Positions 11,340-23,566 of a stretch of DNA of 64,000 bases are shown here, piece by piece; position 1 is the first letter of the stretch, and each line of letters starts with the position of its first letter. Both the position numbers and the translations under genes were made by a program. The stretch is from Anthoceros angustus (lineage: Eukaryota > Plantae > Anthocerotophyta), in contig MU008166.1 of assembly GCA_010909165.1 (NCBI GenBank), positions 1,116,001 through 1,180,000 of the forward strand, in the 5' to 3' direction. The notes beneath the pieces are model-generated. The model searched no databases and had not been told where the DNA came from. It was given only the letters and a program-made list of their open reading frames with translations.

Positions 11340-14300
11340 GACAAGCACTAGAAGAACACACAACCAAAGCGTAAAGCGACAACATTAAAACTTGTGAAAC
11401 ACAATTCCGTATAAAACGGGAGGTTGGAAGTTGATGATCGATGATCGAGCGAGAGCGGGCGATGGTGACAAGAGGCCTGCTTGTCGATAGCCCATGCCCG
11501 AGCGCCTTTGCTTTTTGATAAGGAGACAAACAAACATGTTTCGCCTTCTCATTCTTGACATGCACGGTTGAAAAAAAGGCATTCGGAAAAGCTCATGCAT
11601 TTTACCCATTTAATACCCAGCTGGCAAAACAAAATAAAACTACAACACCACTAAATCAGACAATAAACCACAGAATGGCTTTTCCAGCAAGATTTTCCAA
11701 AAGTTGGGGCAAACCCTCCTAGACGTTGAAGTCCCCTGCAAACAGCAAATCCCTTTTCAGCATGTGAACCTTTACATTAAACACAAAGATAGCAGATAAA
11801 CCCCAAATCGCTAATAAACAACAATACTAGATGACAACTTACAAGAGACGCCCAGCTCCTCACAGCACCTCACAATACACGCCCAGCTCCTCACAGTTGT
11901 TTGAAACGAAATGATGATCTGCAACAAACGCTGAATAAATGAATACAAGACATAAAGTTACAAAAAATTGGAAAACCTGAACAATCAGAAACAAGACACA
12001 CGACAGACAAAAACAGCTATTGAATCGACACACCAAGACACGAGTAAATAGGTCGGACACACAAAAAAAGACAATCTCCAGACAAACAAAAAGCAGAAAC
12101 AACCAAACAAAACGGACAAACAAAGCAATACAAAGACAGACACAAACAAAACACGGAAGAAATCAGTGCATCATCTCAAGACAGTCCACACATCTAGACA
12201 GGACAAAAACACACCACCACACATCAAGACAGGACAAAAACACACCACCACACATCAAGACAGGACAAAAAAACACACGAACGGGCAGAACGACCAGAAG
12301 AAACAAAGACTGCAGAAACGAGGAAAACCAGCCACAACAAAGAATCAGACAACTATGGATAACAAAGACCTGTAACCTAGGCCAGGACACAACGAGCAAA
12401 CCAAAGACAGCTGCATGAACAAACATCAAACATTACAGCAAAGCAATAGAACATTACAAAAAAAAAGCACAGACAGATGAAACATAAGACGCCCAGAACA
12501 TAAGACTCCTGTCAACTGTCCAAGCACTTCTGTTAAGTGTCAGTCTTGACCATTATCAAAACAACGAGTCACGACGATAAAGCGTAAGAGCACTTACGCA
12601 AGGTCCAAGACAGAAATAATAAGCACTAAAGGTGAGTGTCAAAACGAAAAATCAGTGACATCTACCCGCACCAGCAAGAAATCATCCCAAAACAGACCAG
12701 ATACAATATCAACACGAAGCTAAAACATATGCGCTTAATAAAGAGCCTACACCAGCAAAGGGGCACGAAACAGTGATCACATCAGACACGTAACCTAGAC
12801 CGGGACAAACAACAGAACAAAAACAGCTGCATGAACAAACATCAAACATTACAGCAAGATACAATAATAAAAGACATAGACAGATGAAACACAAGAGCCA
12901 ACCAGAAAATATAACTCTTGTCAACAGTCCAAGCACTTCTGTCAAACAGTGAATCAGTGAAACAGCATGACACCGGCAAACATCATGTGAGGGCAGTCCA
13001 GAAACAATAAGACCACCACACATCAAGACAACAGGACAGAATGACAAGAAAAAGATAGACTGCAGAAACAGAAGAACAACCAGAAGAACAACCAAAAAAA
13101 ACACAAGGACAGAACCACCAAATAATTAGACTGCAGAAACAGAAGAAGAACCAGAAGAACATCCAGACACCACAAAGAATCAGACAACTCATTAAAAACT
13201 AAGTGCGATCAGGTCAATTGAATGGAAGGCAATACCTTTAACAGGTTTGCCCAATAACGACGAATATATTTCAACAACCCCTGAACCTGCATGACAACAC
13301 GAGTAAGATAACAATCATTCAAGATAACAACGAGTAAGATAACAAACATTCAAACACAAACTACCGTAAGAAAAGAGACTTACCTCAGTGGGAGGATTCA
13401 AAAACGTCCTGCACAAACAGTTGACAAAGTTCTTGATAAGTTTGCAAAAATAAACAGTGGTAAGAAGACAACCGCATTCAAATACCAAACGGAATAGATC
13501 TACTAGCGGATCTAAAAAGACTGGTCTAAGTGTTCTACCTGTTGACAAGAACCAAACGATATCACCCGTTCTGCATAAACATGACACACATAACACATGT
13601 TATATATCGATCAAAGAAGTTAAACGGATGTGCTTAAAAAAAGAGGGCTACATCAAACAAAAAAGCAAGACAGTGGTCACACCAGACATGTAGACACACC
13701 AGACACGTAGAAACGAAGCTCTCTTCTGTTTGCTTGTTGTTTGTCCCCAGGACGGGACAAACAACAAGCAAACCAACAACAGCTTCATGAACAAACATCA
13801 GACATTAAAGCACACAATAAATCAAAGACATTGACAGATGAAACACAAGAAGGCAGTCACTTCGCCGTACATCAGCCACGCCACAGTGGGCGCATGATCT
13901 TGGCCGTTTTCAAAAAGCAGTCCGCGGATGAAGCGTAACAACACTTACGAAGGGACAAAGACATAAGAAAAGAGCACTGAAGGACAGTACAAACAGAGCA
14001 GCGATAAGCCCGTTCTACACGAAAGTAGAAACTGAAAGGGGTCACCGTTCAATAGGAAGCTACAGACACATAGGAAAACAGCAGGAACAACAAGGTCGTC
14101 GGGACAAGGCTGAGCATGATAAACGCGCAAGAAACCTTCAACGAACAACAACAAACAAGCACGTCTAACCTAAGAGCCCTCACAATCGCTTCCGATAAAG
14201 CTCCTAGACCATAGAACTGGAACTTCTTGCCCTGAAGACCCCACAGAGTAAAACATCCTAAGCCATCGAAAAACGGAAGGATAGGCCTTCGGACAAACAA

Positions 14301-15170
14301 GTAAGCCTACAAAGCCTTAAGCACCAAGGAAAAAATCAGATTCCATAACTCTTTGACCGTGAACCACAACAAGGCATCAAGTTAAAAGCAGTGGAAGGAA
14401 AAAAACAAACCGCTTAAACACGGTGGCGGACCATGAACCAGCGGAACAACGAGGTTCACGAGACTAGGCTGAGAGTAATAAACGCGCAGGAACAACAAAC
14501 AAGCACGTCTAGCCCTAACAATCGCTTCCGATAAAGCTCCTAGGCCTTTGAACTGAAACTTCTTGCCCTTAAGAAACCAGAGAATAAAACATCCTTAGCC
14601 ATCAAAACGGAAGGCCTAGGACTTCGGACAAACAACTAAGCCTCCAAAGCCTTAAGCACAAAGGGACAAATCAGATCCAGAACTCTTTGACGTGACGACA
14701 ACAAGCAGATTGAAGTTGAAACAGCGAAAAGAACAAAGCAAACCGCTTAACACAGAGCGCGAACAACGAAACCACTGACCGGCAGGAAAGAGTGTCCAGA
14801 ACTACCAAAACGAAACAGCAGCGACAAGCAAACAGAAAAGGCGAGGCTCAACAAACAAAGAAAGACGCGGCTACTCGACACAAAGAGGACCTGCAAACAA
14901 AACCTGTGCTAAACAGCAGGTCTACACCTTTAAGCAAGGACACGATGCCGACAAGCACCTTGGCCTTCGGACCGCAACAACTGAGGAAGCAAACTCCTTG
15001 GCCCTCGGACAAGGGCTAAGGAAGCAAACTTGGCGCTCTAAAAACAGTCCTTGGCCTAAGGACAATAAACTGAATACAAGCGTAGAAACTAAGGATGACG
15101 GAGCCCCAAAGCACCTTGGCATACGAAAATGCAGCGCTAAAAAAGACTCTCGCCCTAGACAAAACAGTTT
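11340..15170. repeat. strongly A/C-skewed non-coding block with internal tandem subrepeats
   Basis: Subrepeats at 12180-12270 (GGACAAAAACACACCACCACACATCAAGACA), 12385-12560 vs 12790-12960, and 14145-14420 vs 14490-14750. No convincing protein. Confidence 0.7.
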
Positions 15171-15470
15171 ATATAGGCCACCAAACCCTAACCCTTCTCA
15201 CTCTGTCGGCGCCGCCACTCTCTCTCTACCAAACCTGATTTGAAAATACCGAACCTAACCTACCGAGCCGGACCCCAAACCAAGCGAGGGTCGCCATTCG
15301 TTTGCCGCCGCCGCCCTCCTCAACCAAACCTAGTCACATTGTTCCAATCCTAGCCATGCAACACCTAACCTAAATTCCGAACCTCTTAACGGCAGGGCGT
15401 AAAACGAACCTGCTCGCCAATCAAAACCTGCCACGCACACAGACTTCTCGAAACATCTAAACCCTAACTC
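15168..15470 (+). promoter_or_regulatory. putative promoter: TATA-like TTTATATAGG followed by telo-box-like AAACCCTAA motifs
   Basis: TTTATATAGG at ~15168-15178, AAACCCTAACC at ~15183 and AAACCCTAACT at ~15460. Lies upstream of the spliced unit. Confidence 0.4.
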
Positions 15471-18387
15471 TAGACTATTTAACCAGCACTCCCGCCTCAT
15501 TCTTACCCTCTATCACCATCACGCCGCCAGGCTGGTGGTTCTCTCCTACGCCCTACCACCCACCACGCCGCCAGTTCTTCTCTCGCCCTACCACCCACCA
15601 CGCCCGTGAGCCTGTGTCTTCTCTGATCCATCGCCCACCTCGCCGCCAGTCATTTCTTCACCTGCGCCTCACCATTGCCAGGCTGCTGTTTTTTCTCTGT
15701 AGTGAGGTGTGTTTCCTCTCTTCTCTGCTATCTTTGGGTTACAGGCCCGAGGTCCATCTCGGAGCATGCCCGCCTCGCCTTCCTCGGCCCCTTGACCTGC
15801 AGCCCGGCTGGAAACATCAACGTCGGCGTAGCTCTGCCACCTCGGTTCGAGCACGTTTGCAGGAGACGTTACCGCGACACGCAAGAAAGGTCAGAGAACT
15901 TCGCTGCCTGTAAGTTAGCGGTAGCCCGCCTTTCAACGTGTATGACCCTTTTCTCCTTTATTTGTCCCGTCGCTCATCTTGTGTTCTATTCTTTGTCGCA
16001 GGGATTCCTCACAAGCAAACATCAAGTTTTCAAGTTAGTAACAAACCTTGTGCTTTTCAACTTGAGTGCGTTTTTCATATCTGTCAGCGTCTTTTCTTTC
16101 ACTTCATTTGATGTAGTCCGTTCCGTTCTGTAGCAGTCTTTGTTTCGTAGCCACTCTGAAGAACACATCTCATAACTCTTTCCTTCAACACCGTCTGAGC
16201 TGCACACTACATCAAACATCATGTCATCCGGTCACTCACGAAGTGCTGCTTGACCGTAAGTTGTTTCACTTTTGCCTTGTTACCCCAGTAGCTATAGTCA
16301 GTGAACCTTGCATGTAATCGTAAGCGCCGACAAGATGCTTTATGCATGCGCTCCTGTGACTAGTGCTTTTGTTTGCTTTTACGCGAAACAGGGCCCATCG
16401 TTTGTCAGTTCTTTAGGGTCAACAGTCTTTGTTTGTTTTGAGTGTATATCCCTCATGCTGACACTGTCCTCATGTGGAAGACCACATGTACACTAACCCC
16501 CTCCTCAAGTGTCGGGATGAGCGATTTTTTTGTTTTGGGAGTGTTTGTATAGCAAAGTGCTTTGAGAATACTTTGGTAAGGTCTTTTATACGAGAATGGT
16601 CCTTGGCCCTTGGGATAATAATTTTCTTTTTGGACCTTAGGTTTTCGACCGGATAGGTAGGTGGAAATGGAGTCCTTAGGTTTTAGTAATTGTAGAAATA
16701 AGAAAGTGTCTATATATGCTAGGGGTGCCTACATCCTGCGATTCTTGTGATCAAGCGGGGAGGTGGCAGTTCCACCACGGTGGTCGAATAGCAGGCGTCT
16801 GAGGCGAGTTTACAACCCTAGTGGCGGGCGGGGCTGCAGACAGTCGGGCGCAAGCTGAGGCGGACACACCCATGCGGTCGCAATTTCAGGCGGGCGGGCG
16901 GCTGCAACAAAGCTGGCGCGCGCATGCAAGCTGCGCTGGGCGAGACTCTGTTTTGTTGCGGTAGGGCGCGTCGGTCAGTCGGAGCAGCGGTGGCGGAGGA
17001 AGGAAACAGGCGTTGGCGAAGTAGCGAAGGAGGAAAAGGCGAGGCAGCGCCCCGGGGAGGAAGCGTGCAAGGGTGGTGTTCCCTCTTCGACGGCGTCTGC
17101 GGTGGGTCGAGATTTCTTTTGGGAAACAAGGAGAAAGGGAGATGGCGCCCATTGCGGCCGAAATCCCACCATCACGGTGGCCCAACATGGACCCTTTGGA
17201 AGGTGAGTTGGCGACTGATGCGGGGAGTTGGGGCTGGAATTTATGGAGAAGAAATGGTGTTCTGACAGACATTGGTGCAAGTCGCGGCAATTGAGAACCA
17301 GTTCGCAAGAAGGCGAGAAGAGGCCCATAAGCGGGATTTGGGGCTCTTCGGCGATGTGTAAGCATCGAGGAGGATGGAAGCTTGGTAATTGACCCCGGAG
17401 AAGAGACCACGAGGAGGCTACTGCGCGCTCATGAAACTGGAAGTGAGGGTGAACAATGGGTGGGTGACTCGCCAACTCGTGTCTGCGCAGGTGGTGGGAT
17501 TAGCCAAGTGGATTTTGTTTTCTGAGCAGGAAGTTGGATCATATGGCAGACCACTTCCTGGTCTTCCTTCATGAGGTGGTTAAAGGTACACAAATTGATT
17601 GGGGGCGGATGATCTTTTGAGAGAGCACAGTGAGAGGCAATTTGCTCTCCCTTCCCTCGGCCCTCCTTGATTTCACCTTTTCTAATTCATGTATTCGCGC
17701 ATTAAGATTGTCTAGCGGAGTTGGAAGGCGTATGCCGCCTTCATCATAGCGACCGGTGAGAACTCAAGGTAGAGGAAGAGGAGTGTAAGGAGGATTCTGA
17801 AGAGATATAGTGATGAATGTCATACCTGGGGTTAAGTTATTATTGCTTGGGTAATTAGTTTAAGTTAAGTCAGGCTTAATACCCGTTAGATTAGGGTTGC
17901 GTCCCTTAGTGAATAGGCGTACCTTTTCATTTTAGTTAAGTTGTCTTTTCATGCTTTTGATATTTAATCTTCTTGTTGATAATATATACACAATGTATTT
18001 ATTACGATTTAATCCACCTACAATTCGATGTAAATCGTCATGGTATCAGAGCATCCTAATTGTAGGGTGCTTAGGAAAATTGTTGTGCATTAATGGAGAT
18101 GCATAACATAATTTTCTTTATTGTTTTTGGAGTAGAATTAGGTTCTAATTCCAAGAAAATAGAAGAAATCAAGAAGATGCTTTTGTGTTTCAATTTTCTT
18201 TAAGTTGTCTATGCAATTTCTGCAAAATTAGGCAGTGCTTCAAGTGTGCATCTTTTGAATTGTTCTTTTGAACAATACAAATCATGCACACTAGAACAGC
18301 TGCCTAACAAGGTAGAATTGTAGATAGAAATTTTATAAAAAGAAATTACAATGCAGATTTTCTGCATTCAAGAAACACAAATATTTC

Positions 18388-19105
18388 TTGTGGCCAATTC
18401 ACATGGCACATAACCAAGGCCATCAACGCCCTGCTGGGTGGATTCCACAAAGACAGAATCACCGCAGGGGCCAGGCACAGGATCCTCAAATCGGAACTCT
18501 CGCTCAACAGCTTTTTCAAGCCATATGGGAATGGGATGTCCGGAATCAGCGTTCGGCTACTTTTCAGATGCAAACAACTGAACTGCACGAAGCCTTCGAT
18601 TCAATTCTAGAATTGTATCACGAGAGAGACATCTTGGGCTACTGTTGCAATCCTTTGAACCTTCGAAACGTGTGCAACGTCGTTTGGAGAGCAGTCCAGA
18701 GGATTCCTAACAACGCAGGTCACACCACACACAGGTGTTACACAACTTGTGACTAGAATTGAATCACACCAGCAGCAAGTCGACAGGAACTACAAATCAA
18801 TTGGAAGGAAGGTGATTGCTGCTAACGTTGACTTACAGGATTTGAAGGAGCAGATTTCTCACTTGGATTTCAAGCTTCTAACCTTGTTGAAACCACAGCT
18901 GCTTGCTAACCCTATTTCTCGAGGAGTTGCATGCAGGAAGGTTGTCAAAACGAATAGTAGTCATAGATTTGACACACCCAATTCATGTCCTTCTTGTGCT
19001 ACTTACTCCTTCAATAGATGGGAGTCTAGGCATAACAAAATAGAAAGACAAGTACGCACATCTGCAAATGGCGTAACTAGGCATGGCGAAATGCTCACCT
19101 GCTAA
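18388..19105 (+). CDS. extra ORF(s) between PBS and gag of the copia, unknown function, coiled-coil-like
   Basis: Overlapping 122-aa and 118-aa ORFs, probably one frameshifted ORF. Heptad-like RIESHQQQVDRNYKSIGRKVIAANVDLQDLKEQISHLDFKLLTLL. Confidence 0.45.
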
Positions 19106-19283
19106 CATCTTTTGAGTAGATCATGCCTAGTTTCCTCTGCGCGTAAGCATGCCCTATGCCTCGCATAGGAGAGGAAGAATCGACAACGAGTTGTATTAAG
19201 CGAGCACATTCTTGAAAACTTTGAAGATTCCGAGACAAAGTTTGATTCAAGCTTCGAATTTAAACGACGACAACACTTTCAAC

Positions 19284-22200
19284 ATGTCGAGCGCCCGTAT
19301 ATGGAGAAGGGTTTCGAAGAGAGGATAGGTTCAATGGGACTGATTTTGACATTTGGGTCATCCGAATGGAAGGTGCTTTGCAGAACAGAAGGTTGTTGAA
19401 AGTTGCTCTACGACATCGAGACCAAACTGAGTCGAAGGATCCGAGGTGTGGCGGTCAAACGATCTTTGTTCACGATCCGATCCGGCTAACATCGAGATGT
19501 TGAGACTTGGAGGGGCCAAGGCTGAGGAGATTTGGACACGTTTAAAGACTGTTTCTCGAAGAAATGACGCTTCATGGCATCAATCGCAATCTCCATAACT
19601 TGAAAATGAAGGATGGGGATTCCATTGAAAAACACATCGGAGTATTGAACACTTGCCTCTAGGTTGGAAGAGACCTCAGGGGAAGTCATGAAGGACAGAC
19701 AGTTGTCTATGTTGCTGATGCTCTCGCTGCCTGAGTCCTGGTCAAATTTTGTCACTGCCCACACACAGTCCCTCTCACAAGTGACGAAATTAGCACAAGC
19801 TGCTAAAGTGACTCTACCAGACACAAGCTTTGCTGAGTTTGTTGGAACCTTGCTAGAAGAAGAAGCCTCCAGGGGCAATCACAAGCGTCCAGGCAAACAA
19901 CAAGCTTTATATACATCTGGACGTGGGAGAGGTAGTAGGAGATACCAGTCGCGAGGAGCATCAAGCTCTTCTCGATTCTACAGGGGAGGCTCGCAAGGAG
20001 CTCCTATTACAGGCTCAAGCAACACTGCTGCCAACAACTCTAACAAGAAGGGTAAGAAAGCTGGTACTTGCCATTGGTGCAAAATTCCAGGGCATTGGGA
20101 AAGGGCCGAAAAGCGATCGGTGTCCCTCGTAAGGAGGGGTCCAGTGCAGAAACGAATGTTGTGATTAAGAAACAGAACACCCCATCTGCCCTTACAATTG
20201 GGACACGGGTAGTTGCTAGTCCACATTTGTTTCCTACATGTCTGTCAACTAACGTCAAACCATTGAGCATAGAATGGTATTTGGATACTGGTGCAACAGC
20301 GCACATTTGCTTTGACAGGCAGGCATTTCGCACATATAGGTCAGTTGAGTACCAATGTGTGTATTTAGGCGATAGTCTTTGGTCTCACACAGCATAGGCA
20401 CGATTGATCTTCGGTCCATCGGGGTCAAGCTAATCCTGCACGATGTGTATTACGTGCAATGACCAGAAACTTGATCTCGGTTAGACGGCTCAATGCTGAT
20501 AACCATAGCCATGTTTTGTTCTTGAGGCGAATGCGGGTAATAGATGCAAATGATCATAGAAAGATACTTGCCTATGGATCATCTGATCATGACTTGTTCC
20601 GTCTTCATACTAAGAGTGGAGTAGAGTCTCACTCCAGGGCACATCCCCGATAGCCTCTGCACAACAGATTGCAAAAAGTAAGTTGTGGCATGCTAGACTA
20701 GGTCACCCTCACAGCACAAAACTTCAGCAGTTAGCTGCTAGTGACCTCTACAAAGATGGACCCTTGGGCGTCGGTTGCCTTACCACTCTGTGAAGCTTGT
20801 GTGCTTTCCAAGCGACAAGCGCCTTTAGGAATCGGGCACCTTATCGTGCTAAAGATATCCTTGAACTTGTACACACAGACCTGTGTGGTCCTCTTTCTCA
20901 AGAGTCCATAGGTGGTGGCAAGTATTTCCTGACCTTCACAGATGACAAGACCAGGTTTGTTACCACATACATCCTGAAGAACAAGAGTGAATGCTTCACC
21001 TACTTCAAAGAATACATCAAGTATGCTGAAAGGTGGACAGGAAAACAACTAAAGACACTTCGTTCAGACAATGGTGGCGAGTTTACCTCGAATGCCTTTC
21101 AATCATACATCTTGATGAAGGTATTGGCCACCACCGCTGTTTACACCCCATGAGCGGAGTGGCGAGCGCGCTGGTGGCGTTACGGAGATGATATCTTCCC
21201 TCCTCCATCAGGCTAAACTCCCTCTGACCTATTGGGCAGAAGCTCTCTCCACATCAACCTATCTTCAGAACAGGTTGCCCACTCACTCTGTTGTAGGAAT
21301 GACTCCCTATGAGGCCTTCACAGGCAGGAAGCCTTCTATCCAACACCTTAGGATATTTGGGTGTCTGGCCTATGCTTTTATTCCCAAGGAAAAGAGGAAG
21401 AAATTCTCAGACAAAGCAAGGAAGTTGCTCATGATAGGGTATACAGAAGGAATCAAGGCTTATAAACTTTACGATTCACCTTCTAACAAAGTTATCTATG
21501 CTCGAAGTGTAACCTTTGATGAAAGCCGTACTTTGGCTTTAGTGGGAGCTATCCAGGATACCGCTCCCGATTCTGCTGATGGAGAGGACACAGTTCTTCC
21601 TGATGTCACTCACTTTGATATGTCTGATCATGGCACTTTGGACCCTCATCACCCTGAGGAGATTGTTCCTGCAGGAGGGGATAATGACCAAGTGTTAGAC
21701 CCTGATAATGTACCCCTTGATCAGCATGAACAACCTCCAGCAGCTTATCACCAACCTGAATATGCATCCGATCCCGCCATAGAACTCGATTTGGATGTAG
21801 CTTCTGCAGATGAAGAAGATCATGCTGCCGATGAACCTGAACTTGCTTTACCACAAGGAGAACTTGAACCAGAACCTGAACGGCGTTACCCTACTCGTGA
21901 ACGCCGCCCTCCTGATTATTATCGTGCCACAGATTTTCGGCGGCCCACTTCTTCTCATATTCGGGTGCATGCTGCAACTAACCTCGACCCTATAGAACCA
22001 AAGTCTTATGCTGAGGCGTTGAGCAGACCTGATCACAAAGAGTGGGAGAAAGCCATACAGTTAGAATATGACTCACTCATTGAAAATGGCACATGGGAAC
22101 TGGTAAGGTTACCTCCTGGCAGGAAAATGATCTCTTGCAAGTGGGTATTCAAGTTAAAAATGAAGGCTGATGGAACCTTCGATCGGTATAAAGCCCGACT

Positions 22201-23566
22201 GGTTGCCAGAGGCTTTACACAGATTCCAGGTCTCGACTACCTTGAAACTTATGCTCCTGTTGTCAAGCTTCCCACATTTCGTACAATCTGTGCAGAGGCA
22301 GCAGACAAGGACTATGAGTTGCGAATGTTTGATGTAAAAACCGCTTTCCTGCATGGTGTGTTAGACAGAGAAATCTGCATGCAATAGCCTGAAGGCTATG
22401 TGGTGAAAGGAAAGGAAGACTATGCCCTGTTATTAAAGAAGTGTCTTTATGGGCTTAAGCAGTCAGCTCTTGAATGGAATGGAGTCCTTGATAAGGAGCT
22501 CAAAGCTCTAGGTTTTACAAAACCGTGGCAGATCTGTACATCTACATCAAGGAAAATGTTACATGCTACTTAGCTGTATATGTCGATGATTTAATCTTGG
22601 CCAGCAATAGCTTGGGTTACATTACTTCGATAACATCAATGCTGGGAAAGAAGTTCAAGATGTCAGATCTTGGCTCTTTACAAAGTTGCCTAGGAATACA
22701 TATTCAACGCAACAGGGAAAGGAGAGTTCTTACCTTAACGCAACCAAGGTACCTCTTGGACAGTGCTGAGCAGCTAGGTCTGAAGGATGCTAAGCCTGCT
22801 AGCACACCACTCCCAAGTGGACTAAAACTCAGCAGAGATATGTCACCTCAAACATCATCAGAAAAGGATGAAATGAGAGATGTACCTTATAGGCAGGCTG
22901 TCGGTAAGCTCATATATGCAGCAAACACCACACGGCCAGAGGTAGCATTTCCAACTAGTGCTCTATCACAATACCTTGAAAACCCAGGACCAACGCATTG
23001 GACATGTGTTAAAAGAGTGTTTAGGTATTTGAAGGGGACAGCCAACAGAGGAATAGCTTACAAGCACATAGAAAGCCTTGAACACTTTGGAAGTGTATCT
23101 GAGACTCGATTGTCACGGGGAGACACGGACACGAGAAGGTCAGTATCTGGTTATGTGATTAGCTATGCAGGAGGACCTATCAGCTGGTCAAGTAAAAAGC
23201 AGCCGACAGTGGCACTCTCAAGCTGAGGCGGTCGTACTACTTTGCAAAGAGGTCATCTGGTTGAAGCTGTTATTTTCAGAATTAGGTATTGAACTGCCAA
23301 AATGCACGAAGATGATGACAGACAGTCAAGGCTCAATGTCACTTGCAGAAAATCCGGTCTTTCACTCCAGGACCAAGCATGTTGCAGTCGAATACCACTG
23401 GATACGTGAATTGCTAGCTGACAAGGTGGTATCACTTGAGTACGTTGCAACACAAGACAATCCTGCGGATATCCTCACAAAAGCTCTAGGGCGTGATCTA
23501 CATGAAAAACATGTTCATGCACTAGGGATGGGAGAGTCACAAGCTCTCCTAACAGTAGAGTCCTGA
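19284..23566 (+). pseudogene. copia gag-pol (gag, CCHC, protease, integrase, RT, RNase H); frameshifted
   Basis: DRFNGTDFDIW gag, CHWCKIPGHW knuckle, WYLDTGATAH protease, LWHARLGH, VHTDLCGP integrase, YKARLVARGF, FDVKTAFLHG, YVDDLIL RT, WSSKKQ and TKHVAVEYHWIRE RNase H. Confidence 0.95.

Noticed and set aside
11306-11352. Hairpin followed by CTAG, resembling a Helitron 3' end
   Set aside because: The hairpin is AT-rich, the next base is not T, and no RepHel sequence is present.
16495-16510. Minus-strand PPT-like GAGGAGGGGGG
   Set aside because: It lies inside the plus-strand solo LTR defined by termini and TSD. No matching minus-strand LTR pair exists.
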